A DNA stretch of 64,000 bases from positions 119,193 through 183,192 of the IMG/VR virus record IMGVR_UViG_3300022752_000018. The stretch is one strand, 5' to 3'. Origin of the DNA: a virus. The position numbers and the translations under genes were made by a program. The notes beneath the pieces were generated by a model, which did not search any database, had not been told where the DNA came from, and saw only the letters and a list, made by a program, of their open reading frames with translations. This document shows, one piece after another, positions 1-11,540 of the stretch; position 1 is the stretch's first letter; every line of letters starts with the position of its first letter.

Positions 1-1
1 T

Positions 2-3000
2 ACAACTAGCACTACATTGGTTTTTAATATACCGACTAATTTTGTTTTAGATGATATATTGTATTTTAAAACTGACGGAGTTGTACAGTCATCTTCAGTT
101 CAAACATTTAATAAATTTAGTAAAGTTATTCAAACAAGTAATAATAATAGAACAATTAAAATACAGGGTAATTCATTACTTAATAATCTAAATAAAGGTA
201 ATATTAAAACAGGTTATATTACACGACAAAGATTTATTAATATAGATAACTTCATAGTTCCAGGTTATCTTAATAAAATTTCAGAAACAAAGAACTACGG
301 TGAATTAGTTTGGTTTACTGAAAACAATAAAAATACAATTTGGAAAAACCTACCAATTTATAATAAAATTGAAATAAAAGATTCTATTTTAACTAATCAA
401 TCAAGATTAGGCAAAGTCATAGTAACTACCCCCAGTGCTAATTTTATGGCAGTAACATCCAATAATAGAGTAACTTTTTATAAGAAAAATAACTCAACTT
501 GGATTAAAACACAATTTATTTTAGATTCTGATCATGCTGATTTTGGAAAATCTATAGCTGTTAGTGACGATGAAAGATTTATAGCTATAAGTTATACTGA
601 TCAATCAGTAGGCAAAGTCGCAATTTATAGGAACACAGATTTTGAATTTGATCTAGTTCAAACTCTAAGTGAGGATAATGATCCTTATTACGGTTATAAA
701 TTAAAATTTGCTATACGAGGACTAAATCAATATTCATTATTTGTAAGCACTACTAATGGTATTGGTATCAAAGATCAAACTTTCATTTATGATTACAATG
801 ATTATAGTGATTCAACTCTAATTTCAATTGAAAGAAAAGAAATAATTGACATTGAATTTACTTTAGATGGTGGTGATACAACTAATAATGTTACTGGAAA
901 TAATGATATTTCCAGTATTAATCCTATTTTTGAAAATGTTGTAGATGGCGGTAAGCCTACAGATAACACAGAATTTGTGTTCGATTATGATGTAAATTTT
1001 GATGGTTCAATACTAGTTATAGGCACAATGAATAAAGTCTATGTTTATGAAAGACGAGACTGTTATACTCTACATCAAATTATAGAAGTTCCTGAGGCAA
1101 ATGAAAGCTTTGGATATAGTGTTGCTCTATCAAGAAATGGAGAATTTTTAGCAGCATCCAGCATATTAGAAGATGGAATATATGAAAAACAAGGTAAAAT
1201 TAGGATATATCAATCTGCTTTAGCCTTGGATGAATCCACAACTCCCCCAATAAATTACACTTTACATCAAACTATTGATAATAGAAATGCTGAAGTTAAC
1301 GAACAATATGGGTATAAAATTAAATTTATTAACGATTCTAAAACATTAGTTACGTTTAGTAGGTACGGTGATGGATATTTTGACGCCATAATAGGAGAAG
1401 ATTCTACTAGAATGAATATAAATTCAGGCAGAGTAGATATCTATGATAGGTATAGAAATTATTTTGTGTTTTCAGAATCACTACCTGTAACTGATATTGA
1501 TGAAGACTATGGTGAAGGCTTTGATGCAGCACAAAATAGTATTATGGTTGGATCACCTAAAAATTTAAGTGGTAAAATAAATGTATATACAAAACCTAAT
1601 AATGTATACAGTTGGCAATTACTTTATGAAGAAAAGCCTAAAATATCAATAGAATCCTTTAAAAAGATATTTTTATATAATTCTAATACTAATACTTTAT
1701 TAGATTATGTAGATATCATTGATCCATTACAAGGTAAAATTGCAGGTGTAGCTGATCAAGAGATCAAATTTAAAACATATTATGATCCAGCAATTTACAA
1801 TTTTAAATCTAACGATTCTACTTTTAATGTTAATGTAAATGATGGTATACATTGGCTTGATAATCAAATTGGTTTGTTATGGTGGGATTTAAGACGAGCA
1901 AAATTTTTAGATTATAGTTTAGGTGATTTGGTATTTAGAAATTCAACTTGGAATACTTTATATCCCAAAGCTAGCATAGACATTTATGAATGGGTAGAAT
2001 CTAGAATACTTCCAGAACAATGGGATACATTATCTGGAACAGAGGAAGGCTTTAGTCGAGGAATATCGGGAAAAAGTCTTTATGGAAACAAAATTTATAG
2101 TCAAAAGAAAAGATTCGATACTATAAGTAAAACCTATAGAACATTATACTATTTTTGGGTTAAAAATAAATTAAACATCCCAGAAGGTATGAATCGTAAA
2201 TTAAATTCAGTAGACATAGAAAGTATAATTAAAGATCCAAAAAATTATGGTATTAAAAGTATTAATTTTTTAGATAATAATGCTTTTAATTTATCTAATA
2301 TAACTCAAATTTTACGTGATAAAGATGTTATTTTAAGTTTACAATATTGGACTTCGCCAGAAAAAGAAAAATTATTAATCCATAACGAATGGAAATTAAT
2401 AAGTGAAAATGAAAAAACAGGCTTACCAAGAGAAATAGAAAGAAAATGGATTGACAGTCTTGTAGGCAGAGATGAAAATGGTTACACCGTACCCGATATG
2501 AAACTTAGTATTAAGCAAAAGTACGGTATAGAAAATAAACCAAGACAATCAATGTTTATTAATAGAGTTGAAGCAGTTAAACAATTTGTAGAAAAATTTA
2601 ATCTTGAGATGAAGAATATACAAATTGATAATATAGACCTAACGGATTTTTACAGCAAGGATCCATTACCCAGTCTTATTACTGGTTTATATGACTACGA
2701 AGTTGATACATTTGATCAATTAAGATTTATAAATGGAGAAGCACACAAACAGGCATTTGTTTCACCAGTTATAGATCAAGGTAAAATCGTCGATGTGACC
2801 ATTATTAATGGTGGATTAGGATATAAAAATCCACCTAAAATAGAAATATTAGGGCGTGGCGTAGGGGCTAATATAGAAACTGTGCTTAATAATAATGGAA
2901 CCATTATAGCAACTAAAATTATTAATTTTGGAAAAGGTTATGATTCTTCTACTACAACTTTAAACATACGCCCTCTAGTAGCTCTAGTAAAAACTAATGA

Positions 3001-6000
3001 AGAAGATTATTGGGCTTTATATGATTATAATCACAAGAAAAAATTATGGATCATAGGAAAAACTCAAAAATATGATGTAACTAAATTTTGGGAGTTGGTA
3101 GATTGGTATGATATAGGATATAATCAGTTTACCAAAATTGATATATCTGTTAATGCCGTATATGAATTATTCACTAGGAAAGTTGATATAGGTCAAGTAG
3201 TTAAAGTAAAAAATGATGATACTGAATGGTTATTATTAGAAAAGTATAACGATGTAGTAGATGTAGATTATACTAAAAGTTTTAAAGTTGTAGGACGACA
3301 GCGTGGAAGTTTAAAATTAAGTTCAAAATTATATCAATTTGATGAAAATAGATTGGGGTTTGATGGATTTCTGTACGATGTAAATCAATATGACTTTAAC
3401 GGACCCATAGAATTTAGAATAATTTTAAGAAGTTTAATTGATAAAGTTCTTATAGATGACAAAAGAAAAATATTAATAAATTTATTTTTTACCAGTTTAC
3501 GTTATGTTTTAAGTGAACAATTATTTGTAGACTGGATGTTCAAGACCAGTTTTATTAAGGCACAGCATAATATAGGACAATTTCGTCAACGTTCTAATTA
3601 TAAAAATGATAGTTTAGGTGATTTTGAAAATTATATTAAAGAAGTTAAACCTTACAGATCTAAAATTAGAGAATTTACCAGCGTATTTTCAGATGTAGAA
3701 AATACACAAAGCCTAGTAACTGATTTTGATTTACCAGCTTATATAGAAAATTATACAATTAAAACTATTGAGACACAGTTTAAAAATGAAACTATCAGTG
3801 TTGATAACACTTCTTTAATTACTCAAAGTCCTTGGTCATTATGGAAGTCTAACTTAGGATTTTCAGTAACAGAAGTAGTGATAGTAGATGGTGGTTCTAA
3901 TTATGTTAATAGACCTATTATTACATTTGAAGGAAATTGTCTAGTACAAGCCAAAGCAAGAGCATTTGTAGTTAGAGGTTCAATAGTAAAAATTGAAATA
4001 TTAGATGAAGGTAAAGGATATTTTATACCACCTAAAATAGTTATAAACGGTAGTATAGGAGAAAATGGTACCCCTGCTAAAGCTGTTAGTGTTATAGGTA
4101 ATAGTCTAATACGATCCAATACAGTCACAGTAAAATTTGATAGATATTTAAAAGAAAAATTTGAAGACATAACACCCATAGAAATAGAAGATATTTTTTA
4201 TGGTGATGGCATTGCGACTACTTTTAGGCTAAGATATAAACCTAGTCCAGAATCTAACTCAATTATTGTAAGAATAAATGGTCTTGTACAAATTTTAGGA
4301 TCATATGAAATTTTTCCTAAAATAGATACTGAAAAAGGCTATAGAGAACATTATGCTGATTTAGTTTTAAATACTGTTCCACAACTATCAGATACAATAA
4401 TTGTAAATTATAAAAAAGATTTTGTTCATTTAAATGCTTTAGAAAGAATATACCATTATTATAGTCCAGATTATGGCATGGTTGGACGAGATTTTGCTCA
4501 ACTTATGACTGGTATAGACTATGGTGGAGTCAGCATTATAGGTACTGGATTTGAAAAACCTAACAGATGGGACGGATTATATTCTTGGTCTGAAAGACCT
4601 TGGGACGAAGATCCACCTACTGAAGATCAAATTTATGATACAATGATAGATGGTGGTAATTTAAACTCAAATAGTGTTTATAGAACAGCCAGTGGTCTAA
4701 GAGCTGAAGACATTATAATTGATGGAGATGGGTTTATAACCCCCATGTCTAGCCCAGCTCCAGAAGAAATGCTGCCTGGACATGTTACTGATTCGTTATC
4801 CATAATGATTTTTGAAAGATCTAGTACTACCAGCAGTGAAATAACCTCATTAAATTTCCTTTCTGATGGAGAAAATACTGACTTTCAGTTGATCAAGTAT
4901 CCAAATAGCAGACAAGGCATCATTGTAAAAATTAATCAAACTATATTAAAACCAGACATAGATTATACTTTTGACTATGATAAATTATTGGTTAAACTTA
5001 AAGAACCTTCTACTTTTGGATCAATAGTTAGTATTACTAGTTTAGGGTTTAGCGGTGAAAATCTATTAGATGTAAATTTTAAAATTATAAATGAAACAAC
5101 TAATACAATAGTTACTGATGTAGATTGGAGTGAAAATGTTAGTGCCTATACACTTGTTTCAGGTGAATTAGCTCAACACGAATTAATAAAAATAGACACA
5201 GTAGAAATTAGTAATAAAATAGGTATTAAATTTCCTTTTGATTTAGAAATAGATCAAGTCGTAAATTACAGTTTATTTTTGGAAAAAATAATTAATCAAA
5301 GCATAGTAACTAGAGAAATTATTATATCTAACGGTACTGATAAAAAATATACGTTGAACAATCCTGTAGGAAAGAAAGTTCCATTAGATCCTAATGTTAT
5401 TGTAAGGGCAGGTGACACTATTTACAACAGTGTTGATACATTTAAGTTTTTACTCATAGATAATGTATTAGAATATGATATCCCAGCCGGTAAAGCCGAT
5501 ATAGATATTTACAATGTTAATGATTATGATGTATATATTAATCAAGTCAAAGTTGAACTTGGCATTGCCTATAATTTTGATCTTTTACGTTCAAAACTAT
5601 TATTACAACCTTCTTACTATAAAGATAAAGCAGAAGTGCTAGTAGCGATTACAAAATATGCTGATTATTTTTTAAGGAAAGAATCAAATTTAGTTAAAAT
5701 TGAATTTAGAAATACACCGCCTGCTGATACTGAAATTGAAATTATAGCAATGTTTAACCATGATATTTTAGACATTGAAAGAAAGTATTATATTATTGAA
5801 CCCAAGTTAGAAAATTTTACTGATTCTATTTTCTATCTAAACCTTATTAAAATCAGTGCTGGAATTTTCAGATTTAATAGAGAAGTAATAGACACTACCT
5901 ATGTATGGTTAACTAAAAATAAAAAATTATTAACACCTAATATTGACTATATTTTATTAGAAGATAAGAAAAGTATTAGAATAAATGAACAGCCTAAAAC

Positions 6001-7171
6001 CACTGATGTATTTGGTGTTATTACCTTCAGTGGTAATGTGGTAAGAAACCCCGTATCATTCATGAAGTTTAAGGACATGCTTAATAGATTTTATTATAAA
6101 CGATTAAGTATCAATAGAACTACAAGATTAGAAAAAGTCTTAAACTATTATGATAAAGAATTGTATGTTGAGGATCCAGATAAGGTAAATCCTGCGCCAG
6201 GCGTTCTTTATATAGACGGTGAAAGGATTGAATATAATTTCAAAATTGGTAATAGATTAGGTCAATTAAGACGGGGCACATACGGTACAGGTGTACCTAC
6301 TGTTCATGGTAGATTGACTAAGGTTTATGATATAGGTGAATCTGAGACAATACCCTATCAAGATAGAAATCTTCAATATAGGATCATAGGAGACTGGGAA
6401 GCAGACGTAACCTATTTTAAAAATGATGTTGTATTTTACAATGGTATTAATTGGGTAATGTTAACTGGTAATAATTTAAAGTTATGGGATAATAAACTAG
6501 AATACACAAAAGGTAGGCAGATTATATATAATAATAAATTATATCTTTCTAAGAAAAATACTGATACAAATAAAAATATTAATAAAATTCCAGATCAAAA
6601 TATAGATTATTGGGATAAAATTAAAGATTTTTGTCCTTTATTTCCTAGTTTAGACAATCCTAATTGGGGTCAAACAAATGTGGGTTATTTGAATGATTCT
6701 AGTAGAACAATAGTTGTCCCATGGATTCCTAAATATAGGGCAAGTGCTACACCAGAAACTGTAGATGATATAAACAAAAGATATGTATTAGATACAGAAA
6801 TATTTGTAGGAAATAAAAGACTTCAAAAATATAAATTTTCTAAACATAATAAAGATATTCATCCTGAAAGTCCCGAAGGAGATGAATTTTTTGATCCAGA
6901 GTATACCACAGATGGAATAAATCATGGTACTGATGATAAAATTCTAGGATTAATATACTTAAAAGATCTACCACCTGAAAATTTACCCATAACTTTGGTT
7001 CATAGAAGATTAACTAGTTGGGAAGATCAAAACAAGTCACTATCCGAATCTGATAATGAAGTTGCTTATTTCTTGAAATTCCAAGTAGATCCTATTGGTG
7101 GTAGTGAGCCAACAGCAGATAGTGGATTGTATTCTAGTGATTCAGAAGATGTAAACATGGACGAGGAATAA
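2..7171 (+). CDS. Very large virion structural protein, baseplate/wedge type; 5' truncated by the window edge
   Basis: Reading frame is open from position 2. Beta-propeller-like repeats (FGKSIAVS, FGYSVALS) and repeated 'VTIINGGLGYKNPPKIEI' / 'VVIVDGGSNYVNRPIITF' motifs typical of large-myovirus structural proteins. It heads the structural operon. Confidence 0.75.
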   Translation, partial: TTSTTLVFNIPTNFVLDDILYFKTDGVVQSSSVQTFNKFSKVIQTSNNNRTIKIQGNSLLNNLNKGNIKTGYITRQRFINIDNFIVPGYLNKISETKNYGELVWFTENNKNTIWKNLPIYNKIEIKDSILTNQSRLGKVIVTTPSANFMAVTSNNRVTFYKKNNSTWIKTQFILDSDHADFGKSIAVSDDERFIAISYTDQSVGKVAIYRNTDFEFDLVQTLSEDNDPYYGYKLKFAIRGLNQYSLFVSTTNGIGIKDQTFIYDYNDYSDSTLISIERKEIIDIEFTLDGGDTTNNVTGNNDISSINPIFENVVDGGKPTDNTEFVFDYDVNFDGSILVIGTMNKVYVYERRDCYTLHQIIEVPEANESFGYSVALSRNGEFLAASSILEDGIYEKQGKIRIYQSALALDESTTPPINYTLHQTIDNRNAEVNEQYGYKIKFINDSKTLVTFSRYGDGYFDAIIGEDSTRMNINSGRVDIYDRYRNYFVFSESLPVTDIDEDYGEGFDAAQNSIMVGSPKNLSGKINVYTKPNNVYSWQLLYEEKPKISIESFKKIFLYNSNTNTLLDYVDIIDPLQGKIAGVADQEIKFKTYYDPAIYNFKSNDSTFNVNVNDGIHWLDNQIGLLWWDLRRAKFLDYSLGDLVFRNSTWNTLYPKASIDIYEWVESRILPEQWDTLSGTEEGFSRGISGKSLYGNKIYSQKKRFDTISKTYRTLYYFWVKNKLNIPEGMNRKLNSVDIESIIKDPKNYGIKSINFLDNNAFNLSNITQILRDKDVILSLQYWTSPEKEKLLIHNEWKLISENEKTGLPREIERKWIDSLVGRDENGYTVPDMKLSIKQKYGIENKPRQSMFINRVEAVKQFVEKFNLEMKNIQIDNIDLTDFYSKDPLPSLITGLYDYEVDTFDQLRFINGEAHKQAFVSPVIDQGKIVDVTIINGGLGYKNPPKIEILGRGVGANIETVLNNNGTIIATKIINFGKGYDSSTTTLNIRPLVALVKTNEEDYWALYDYNHKKKLWIIGKTQKYDVTKFWELVDWYDIGYNQFTKIDISVNAVYELFTRKVDIGQVVKVKNDDTEWLLLEKYNDVVDVDYTKSFKVVGRQRGSLKLSSKLYQFDENRLGFDGFLYDVNQYDFNGPIEFRIILRSLIDKVLIDDKRKILINLFFTSLRYVLSEQLFVDWMFKTSFIKAQHNIGQFRQRSNYKNDSLGDFENYIKEVKPYRSKIREFTSVFSDVENTQSLVTDFDLPAYIENYTIKTIETQFKNETISVDNTSLITQSPWSLWKSNLGFSVTEVVIVDGGSNYVNRPIITFEGNCLVQAKARAFVVRGSIVKIEILDEGKGYFIPPKIVINGSIGENGTPAKAVSVIGNSLIRSNTVTVKFDRYLKEKFEDITPIEIEDIFYGDGIATTFRLRYKPSPESNSIIVRINGLVQILGSYEIFPKIDTEKGYREHYADLVLNTVPQLSDTIIVNYKKDFVHLNALERIYHYYSPDYGMVGRDFAQLMTGIDYGGVSIIGTGFEKPNRWDGLYSWSERPWDEDPPTEDQIYDTMIDGGNLNSNSVYRTASGLRAEDIIIDGDGFITPMSSPAPEEMLPGHVTDSLSIMIFERSSTTSSEITSLNFLSDGENTDFQLIKYPNSRQGIIVKINQTILKPDIDYTFDYDKLLVKLKEPSTFGSIVSITSLGFSGENLLDVNFKIINETTNTIVTDVDWSENVSAYTLVSGELAQHELIKIDTVEISNKIGIKFPFDLEIDQVVNYSLFLEKIINQSIVTREIIISNGTDKKYTLNNPVGKKVPLDPNVIVRAGDTIYNSVDTFKFLLIDNVLEYDIPAGKADIDIYNVNDYDVYINQVKVELGIAYNFDLLRSKLLLQPSYYKDKAEVLVAITKYADYFLRKESNLVKIEFRNTPPADTEIEIIAMFNHDILDIERKYYIIEPKLENFTDSIFYLNLIKISAGIFRFNREVIDTTYVWLTKNKKLLTPNIDYILLEDKKSIRINEQPKTTDVFGVITFSGNVVRNPVSFMKFKDMLNRFYYKRLSINRTTRLEKVLNYYDKELYVEDPDKVNPAPGVLYIDGERIEYNFKIGNRLGQLRRGTYGTGVPTVHGRLTKVYDIGESETIPYQDRNLQYRIIGDWEADVTYFKNDVVFYNGINWVMLTGNNLKLWDNKLEYTKGRQIIYNNKLYLSKKNTDTNKNINKIPDQNIDYWDKIKDFCPLFPSLDNPNWGQTNVGYLNDSSRTIVVPWIPKYRASATPETVDDINKRYVLDTEIFVGNKRLQKYKFSKHNKDIHPESPEGDEFFDPEYTTDGINHGTDDKILGLIYLKDLPPENLPITLVHRRLTSWEDQNKSLSESDNEVAYFLKFQVDPIGGSEPTADSGLYSSDSEDVNMDEE

Positions 7172-7173
7172 AA

Positions 7174-9858
7174 ATGCCTAAACAACTTATAAACATTGGT
7201 CTAAAACCTAATGACGGTACTGGGGATACCATAAGAAAAGCCAGTATTAAAATTAATAGTAATTTTACAGAATTATATGATAGTCTGCAAAGTATTACTC
7301 TTACTCCTGGACCACAAGGTATACAGGGTCGCCAGGGCACACAAAGCTTCCAAGGCTTCCAAGGAAGACAAGGAACACAAGGACGTACGGGTCTTCAAGG
7401 TGATTCCGGTACCCAGGGATTCCAAGGATTCCCAGGAGATACAGGACCACAAGGCATTATAGGTTATGATGGATTGCCTGGACCAGAGGGCCCACAGGGT
7501 ATTCAAGGTATACAAGGCATGGCTGCTGATGCTGCTAATTTAGATTTAAGTGCTGTGAATTCTGATATAATTCCTGCACTAGATGTTACGTATAATTTAG
7601 GTTCACCTACTAATAAGTTTAAAGATTTGTATCTTAGTTCTAATACAATTTATTTAGGCGATAAAACAATAAGAATAGAAAATAATATTCTTGAGATAGG
7701 GGGAACAAAACTTAGTGATCAAACAGGTAATGTAGATGGGTTCGTTTATTCATATTGGTCATTTGATAATGTATTTGTTAGAACAATCACTAATAGTGAT
7801 GCAGATCAGTTGGTAAAACTAATAACTAAAGGCGATCAATTAAAATTAGATAGCAATCCTAATATTGTTATGGTTAGTAAATTAACTGTAATACAGCCAC
7901 CAATATCTGAAATATACATAGCAGATCCTTCATTTACAGATCATATGATTAGAGTTGATCTATTCAACTTTAATAATAATGATCAACCTATAACCTTTGA
8001 ATTAGTAAAACCATTAGGCGAATCTTCAATAAGCAATTTAACAGATCCAGATGGGTTATTACCTAATCTAACTCAGCAAGGTTGGCCTTACTATTCTGGA
8101 ACATTAGGAGTAAATTTCTTAGTAGGTAATCAAACAGTTAATATAGTACCTAGTTGGGATAGAACAATTGTAAATTTTGAATTCAATGAGAGTGGAGTAC
8201 TTAAATTACCTGCTGGTGGAGACATTCAGGATATTGATGGAAATAGTTTACTAAGTCCTAATACTACTGGTACACAGAGCGTACAAGGTATACAAGGTGG
8301 TCAGGGTGTACAAGGTGTACAAGGTGTACAAGGTGTACAAGGTGTACAAGGTGTACAAGGTGTACAAGGTGTACAAGGTGGTCGGGGTGTACAGGGCATA
8401 CAAGGATCAAATGGTGCTCAAGGCCCCCAAGGACAACAAGGGGAATTTGGATTACTTTGGCAAGGTGAATGGAATCCTAGTCTTTCTTATATAAGTGACA
8501 GGGACGTAGTATCATATGATGGATCAACATACATAAAGATCAGCGGAAATGGTAATTCCGGTAGTCTCCCGCCAGATGATAATATTCGATGGGCCTTAGT
8601 AGCTCAACAAGGTACAGATGGAATACAAGGTATACAGGGTGATCAGGGTATACAGGGTATACAGGGTATACAGGGTATACAAGGTATTACTGGTAAACAA
8701 GGTATACAGGGTATACAAGGTATACAGGGTATTCAGGGTATACAAGGTATTACTGGTAAACAAGGTATACAGGGTATACAGGGTATACAGGGTATCCAAG
8801 GAATACAAGGTGCTAATGCAGCTAGTATAAATTTGACTGCTATTACGTCAAATATTGTCCCAGCTACAGATATAATATATAATTTAGGTTCACCTACAAA
8901 TAGGTTTAAAGACTTATACTTGAGTTCAAGTACTTTATATTTGGGTCAAACAGGATTATCTGTTAGTGATGGTAATCTAGAACTTATTACTTTTGGTGGT
9001 GGTGGTGAAGGCAGTGGAGCTGCATCAAGTAGTTGGCTCGGCACAAATTATATTTACAATGGAGTTGATATTAATCATCCATTATACTTAAACATACAAC
9101 AGTTAAAAGCGGGTGACAGGCTTAAAAATAAAGCAACGGATTTTTTCACACCAACCGTTTATGTAACTTTAACTGTTTTAGGCCCTGCCATAGTTACTGC
9201 TGCTCAAGATTTTTGGTATAATAATGTATCTATAACTGATCCTAATGTTGCTAGTGTATCTTTTAGTATACCTGTAGATCAAGATTCCTCCACAGTAACT
9301 GGAGATATTGGCTATTATATGGATTTTATTAGACCAATATCAGGAGTCCCTAGTACTGGTTCTCAAGGTGTACAAGGTGTACAAGGTGTACAAGGTATAC
9401 AAGCATTAGATGGAGCGCAAGGAATACAAGGTGTACAAGGAATACAAGGTGCATCAGGTAGCGGCAGCACTAGTGTTCAATCTACTAGACAACAGATAAT
9501 AACAACTACTGGTGTACTCACAAATAATCAAATTACATTTGTTGACCTAAATGCTTACAAGGGATATTTTTTGTACAAAATACAGACAAGTCATTCGGCC
9601 TGGGTGAGACTATATGTTTCTATAGCTGAAAGATTATCTGATCAAAATAGAAATCAAACAGAAGATCCTGCTACAGGAATTGGTCTCATAACTGAAGTAA
9701 TCACTACAGGAAGTACCCCTGTAATCATAGCACCCGCAGTAATAGGATACAATGATGAAACTCCACCAACTTCTAATATACCTATAACTATCAAAAATTT
9801 AAGTGGATCAAATCAAGATATTACTATAACACTTACTCTTGTACAGGTGGAAGCATGA
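7174..9858 (+). CDS. Collagen-like fibre protein with a T4 gp9/gp10-like N-terminal anchor
   Basis: N-terminus '[30 protein letters not shown]' matches the gp9/gp10 motif. Several Gly-X-Y tracts (GIQ/GVQ) and an internally duplicated 'YNLGSPTN(K/R)FKDLYLSS' module. Confidence 0.85.
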   Translation: MPKQLINIGLKPNDGTGDTIRKASIKINSNFTELYDSLQSITLTPGPQGIQGRQGTQSFQGFQGRQGTQGRTGLQGDSGTQGFQGFPGDTGPQGIIGYDGLPGPEGPQGIQGIQGMAADAANLDLSAVNSDIIPALDVTYNLGSPTNKFKDLYLSSNTIYLGDKTIRIENNILEIGGTKLSDQTGNVDGFVYSYWSFDNVFVRTITNSDADQLVKLITKGDQLKLDSNPNIVMVSKLTVIQPPISEIYIADPSFTDHMIRVDLFNFNNNDQPITFELVKPLGESSISNLTDPDGLLPNLTQQGWPYYSGTLGVNFLVGNQTVNIVPSWDRTIVNFEFNESGVLKLPAGGDIQDIDGNSLLSPNTTGTQSVQGIQGGQGVQGVQGVQGVQGVQGVQGVQGVQGGRGVQGIQGSNGAQGPQGQQGEFGLLWQGEWNPSLSYISDRDVVSYDGSTYIKISGNGNSGSLPPDDNIRWALVAQQGTDGIQGIQGDQGIQGIQGIQGIQGITGKQGIQGIQGIQGIQGIQGITGKQGIQGIQGIQGIQGIQGANAASINLTAITSNIVPATDIIYNLGSPTNRFKDLYLSSSTLYLGQTGLSVSDGNLELITFGGGGEGSGAASSSWLGTNYIYNGVDINHPLYLNIQQLKAGDRLKNKATDFFTPTVYVTLTVLGPAIVTAAQDFWYNNVSITDPNVASVSFSIPVDQDSSTVTGDIGYYMDFIRPISGVPSTGSQGVQGVQGVQGIQALDGAQGIQGVQGIQGASGSGSTSVQSTRQQIITTTGVLTNNQITFVDLNAYKGYFLYKIQTSHSAWVRLYVSIAERLSDQNRNQTEDPATGIGLITEVITTGSTPVIIAPAVIGYNDETPPTSNIPITIKNLSGSNQDITITLTLVQVEA
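8305..8376 (+). repeat. Perfect 9-bp tandem repeat (GGTGTACAA)x8 encoding (GVQ)8
   Basis: Read directly from the sequence; related CAGGGTATA/CAAGGTATA arrays lie at about 8620-8810 and 9364-9450. Confidence 0.95.
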
Positions 9859-11498
9859 GCGATCTAAGAATTTACATAGTTACTCTATATAATCACGAAG
9901 ATTTAGAGGAGTTCTATTACGATATGGAAACTCCTGGAGGAAATTTATTCATACCAAATAGAGAAGTAGATGTTTCTGCTAGAAGACCTAACAGCAGAAA
10001 TACTAATTATTGGTTAACAGAGGAAGAAGCAAACCAACTTAAATTAGATCCAAGAGTGCTAAATGTAGTTCTAGAAGAACTTAATTTAAAAGGTAGACAC
10101 CCAACCTATACTCAAACTTCATCAAATTGGAATAAACAATTCGTTAATAATAGTGATCATGTAAATTGGGGATTACTAAGAGTATATGAAGGACAGCAGC
10201 GATCTAACTGGGGGGAAAATGGTACACTTAGTCAAAGTGGATCTATAACCATCAATGCAGAGGGAAGAAATATTGACGTTTTAATAGTTGATGGACACTG
10301 TAATCCAGACCACCCAGAATATGCCAAAAATGCTGATGGATCTGGAGGATCACGAGTAAATCAATATAACTGGTATCAACATACAAATACTATTACAGGT
10401 GGTTCTAATGGAACCTATGTCTATACACCATATACTGGTACAGCTGCAGAAGATGACAATAATCACGGTGCTCACGTAGCAGGCACTGTGGCAGGTAATA
10501 CACAAGGATGGGCTAGATCAGCTAATATCTATAATATTAGCCCATATGGTAGCAACCCAAATTCACTGGTTGTAAGTTTTCTTTATGATTATATAAAAGA
10601 ATTTCATATTAACAAACCCATAAATCCACTCACTGGTCGCAAAAATCCTACGATAATGAACTGTAGTTATGGAAGCTCAATTCAATATAATCAAGGAGTG
10701 GTAGGACCCATAACGAGAGCTATTTATAGGGGTGTAGATACAGGGACTATATCTGGTGGTTTAAGCACAGCACAACTCAATGCCAACGGAATTTATGACA
10801 GAACTAACAGTACTCAACCTAGAGTACCATATTGGTCAGACGCAGATAATGTTGATATTCAAGATTTAATTAATCTAGGAGTTATAATTGTGGCTTCAGC
10901 AGGGAATGATTATTTCTACACCTGTAATGAGGGCAGTGAAGATTATGATAATAGGTTTATAGCTACTTATTATGGAACTTCTTATTTTTGGTATTATCAT
11001 AGAGGCAGTAGCCCAGCAGCCAGCACTAATGTTATCAGCGTAGGAGCTATGGGCAATACAATAAATGAAACTAAAGCAGCGTTCAGTAATAATGGACCAG
11101 GGGTAGATATTTACGCACCAGGTAGGGCAATTATGAGTTCACTGAACTCATCATCAACTTCGGATCCTAGAAACTCCACATATAAAATTGGCAAATATCA
11201 AGGAACCAGTATGGCAAGCCCACAAGTTTGTGGTGTTTTGGCCTGTATATTGGAAATTTACCCTAATATGAATCAAAGTCAAGCTAGGAAATATCTATTT
11301 GATACAGCCAAATACAATCAGATGACAGATACCGGTGGTAGTTTTACAGATCAAACCAGTTTAAACGGTTCTACTAATAGAACTTTAAATTTTAAACAGG
11401 AGAGACCAAGTATAGGAAAAACTTGGCCTAAACTTAATTTACTAGGACGTCCTACTAGCGGATTATTATATCCTAGATCAAGGGTTAAAAGGTTATAA
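9855..11498 (+). CDS. Subtilisin-like serine protease (peptidase S8) with an N-terminal prodomain-like region
   Basis: Catalytic triad motifs DVLIVDGH (Asp), HGAHVAGTVAG (His), GTSMASPQVCG (Ser); oxyanion Asn in ASAGND. Confidence 0.92.
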   Translation: MSDLRIYIVTLYNHEDLEEFYYDMETPGGNLFIPNREVDVSARRPNSRNTNYWLTEEEANQLKLDPRVLNVVLEELNLKGRHPTYTQTSSNWNKQFVNNSDHVNWGLLRVYEGQQRSNWGENGTLSQSGSITINAEGRNIDVLIVDGHCNPDHPEYAKNADGSGGSRVNQYNWYQHTNTITGGSNGTYVYTPYTGTAAEDDNNHGAHVAGTVAGNTQGWARSANIYNISPYGSNPNSLVVSFLYDYIKEFHINKPINPLTGRKNPTIMNCSYGSSIQYNQGVVGPITRAIYRGVDTGTISGGLSTAQLNANGIYDRTNSTQPRVPYWSDADNVDIQDLINLGVIIVASAGNDYFYTCNEGSEDYDNRFIATYYGTSYFWYYHRGSSPAASTNVISVGAMGNTINETKAAFSNNGPGVDIYAPGRAIMSSLNSSSTSDPRNSTYKIGKYQGTSMASPQVCGVLACILEIYPNMNQSQARKYLFDTAKYNQMTDTGGSFTDQTSLNGSTNRTLNFKQERPSIGKTWPKLNLLGRPTSGLLYPRSRVKRL

Positions 11499-11514
11499 TA
11501 GTATTTAAAATACA

Positions 11515-11522
11515 TATAAATA
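11515..11522 (+). promoter_or_regulatory. T4-like late promoter (TATAAATA)
   Basis: Exact T4 late consensus in the short intergenic gap before the ORF at 11541. Confidence 0.65.
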
Positions 11523-11540
11523 TTTGGATAGAGAAATCAT

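Noticed and set aside
7134-8830. Alternative-frame and antisense ORFs (7134, 7273, 7277, 8297, 8596, 8618)
   Set aside because: Shadows of the collagen 9-bp repeats (VYK/TLY runs), fully overlapping a well-supported gene.
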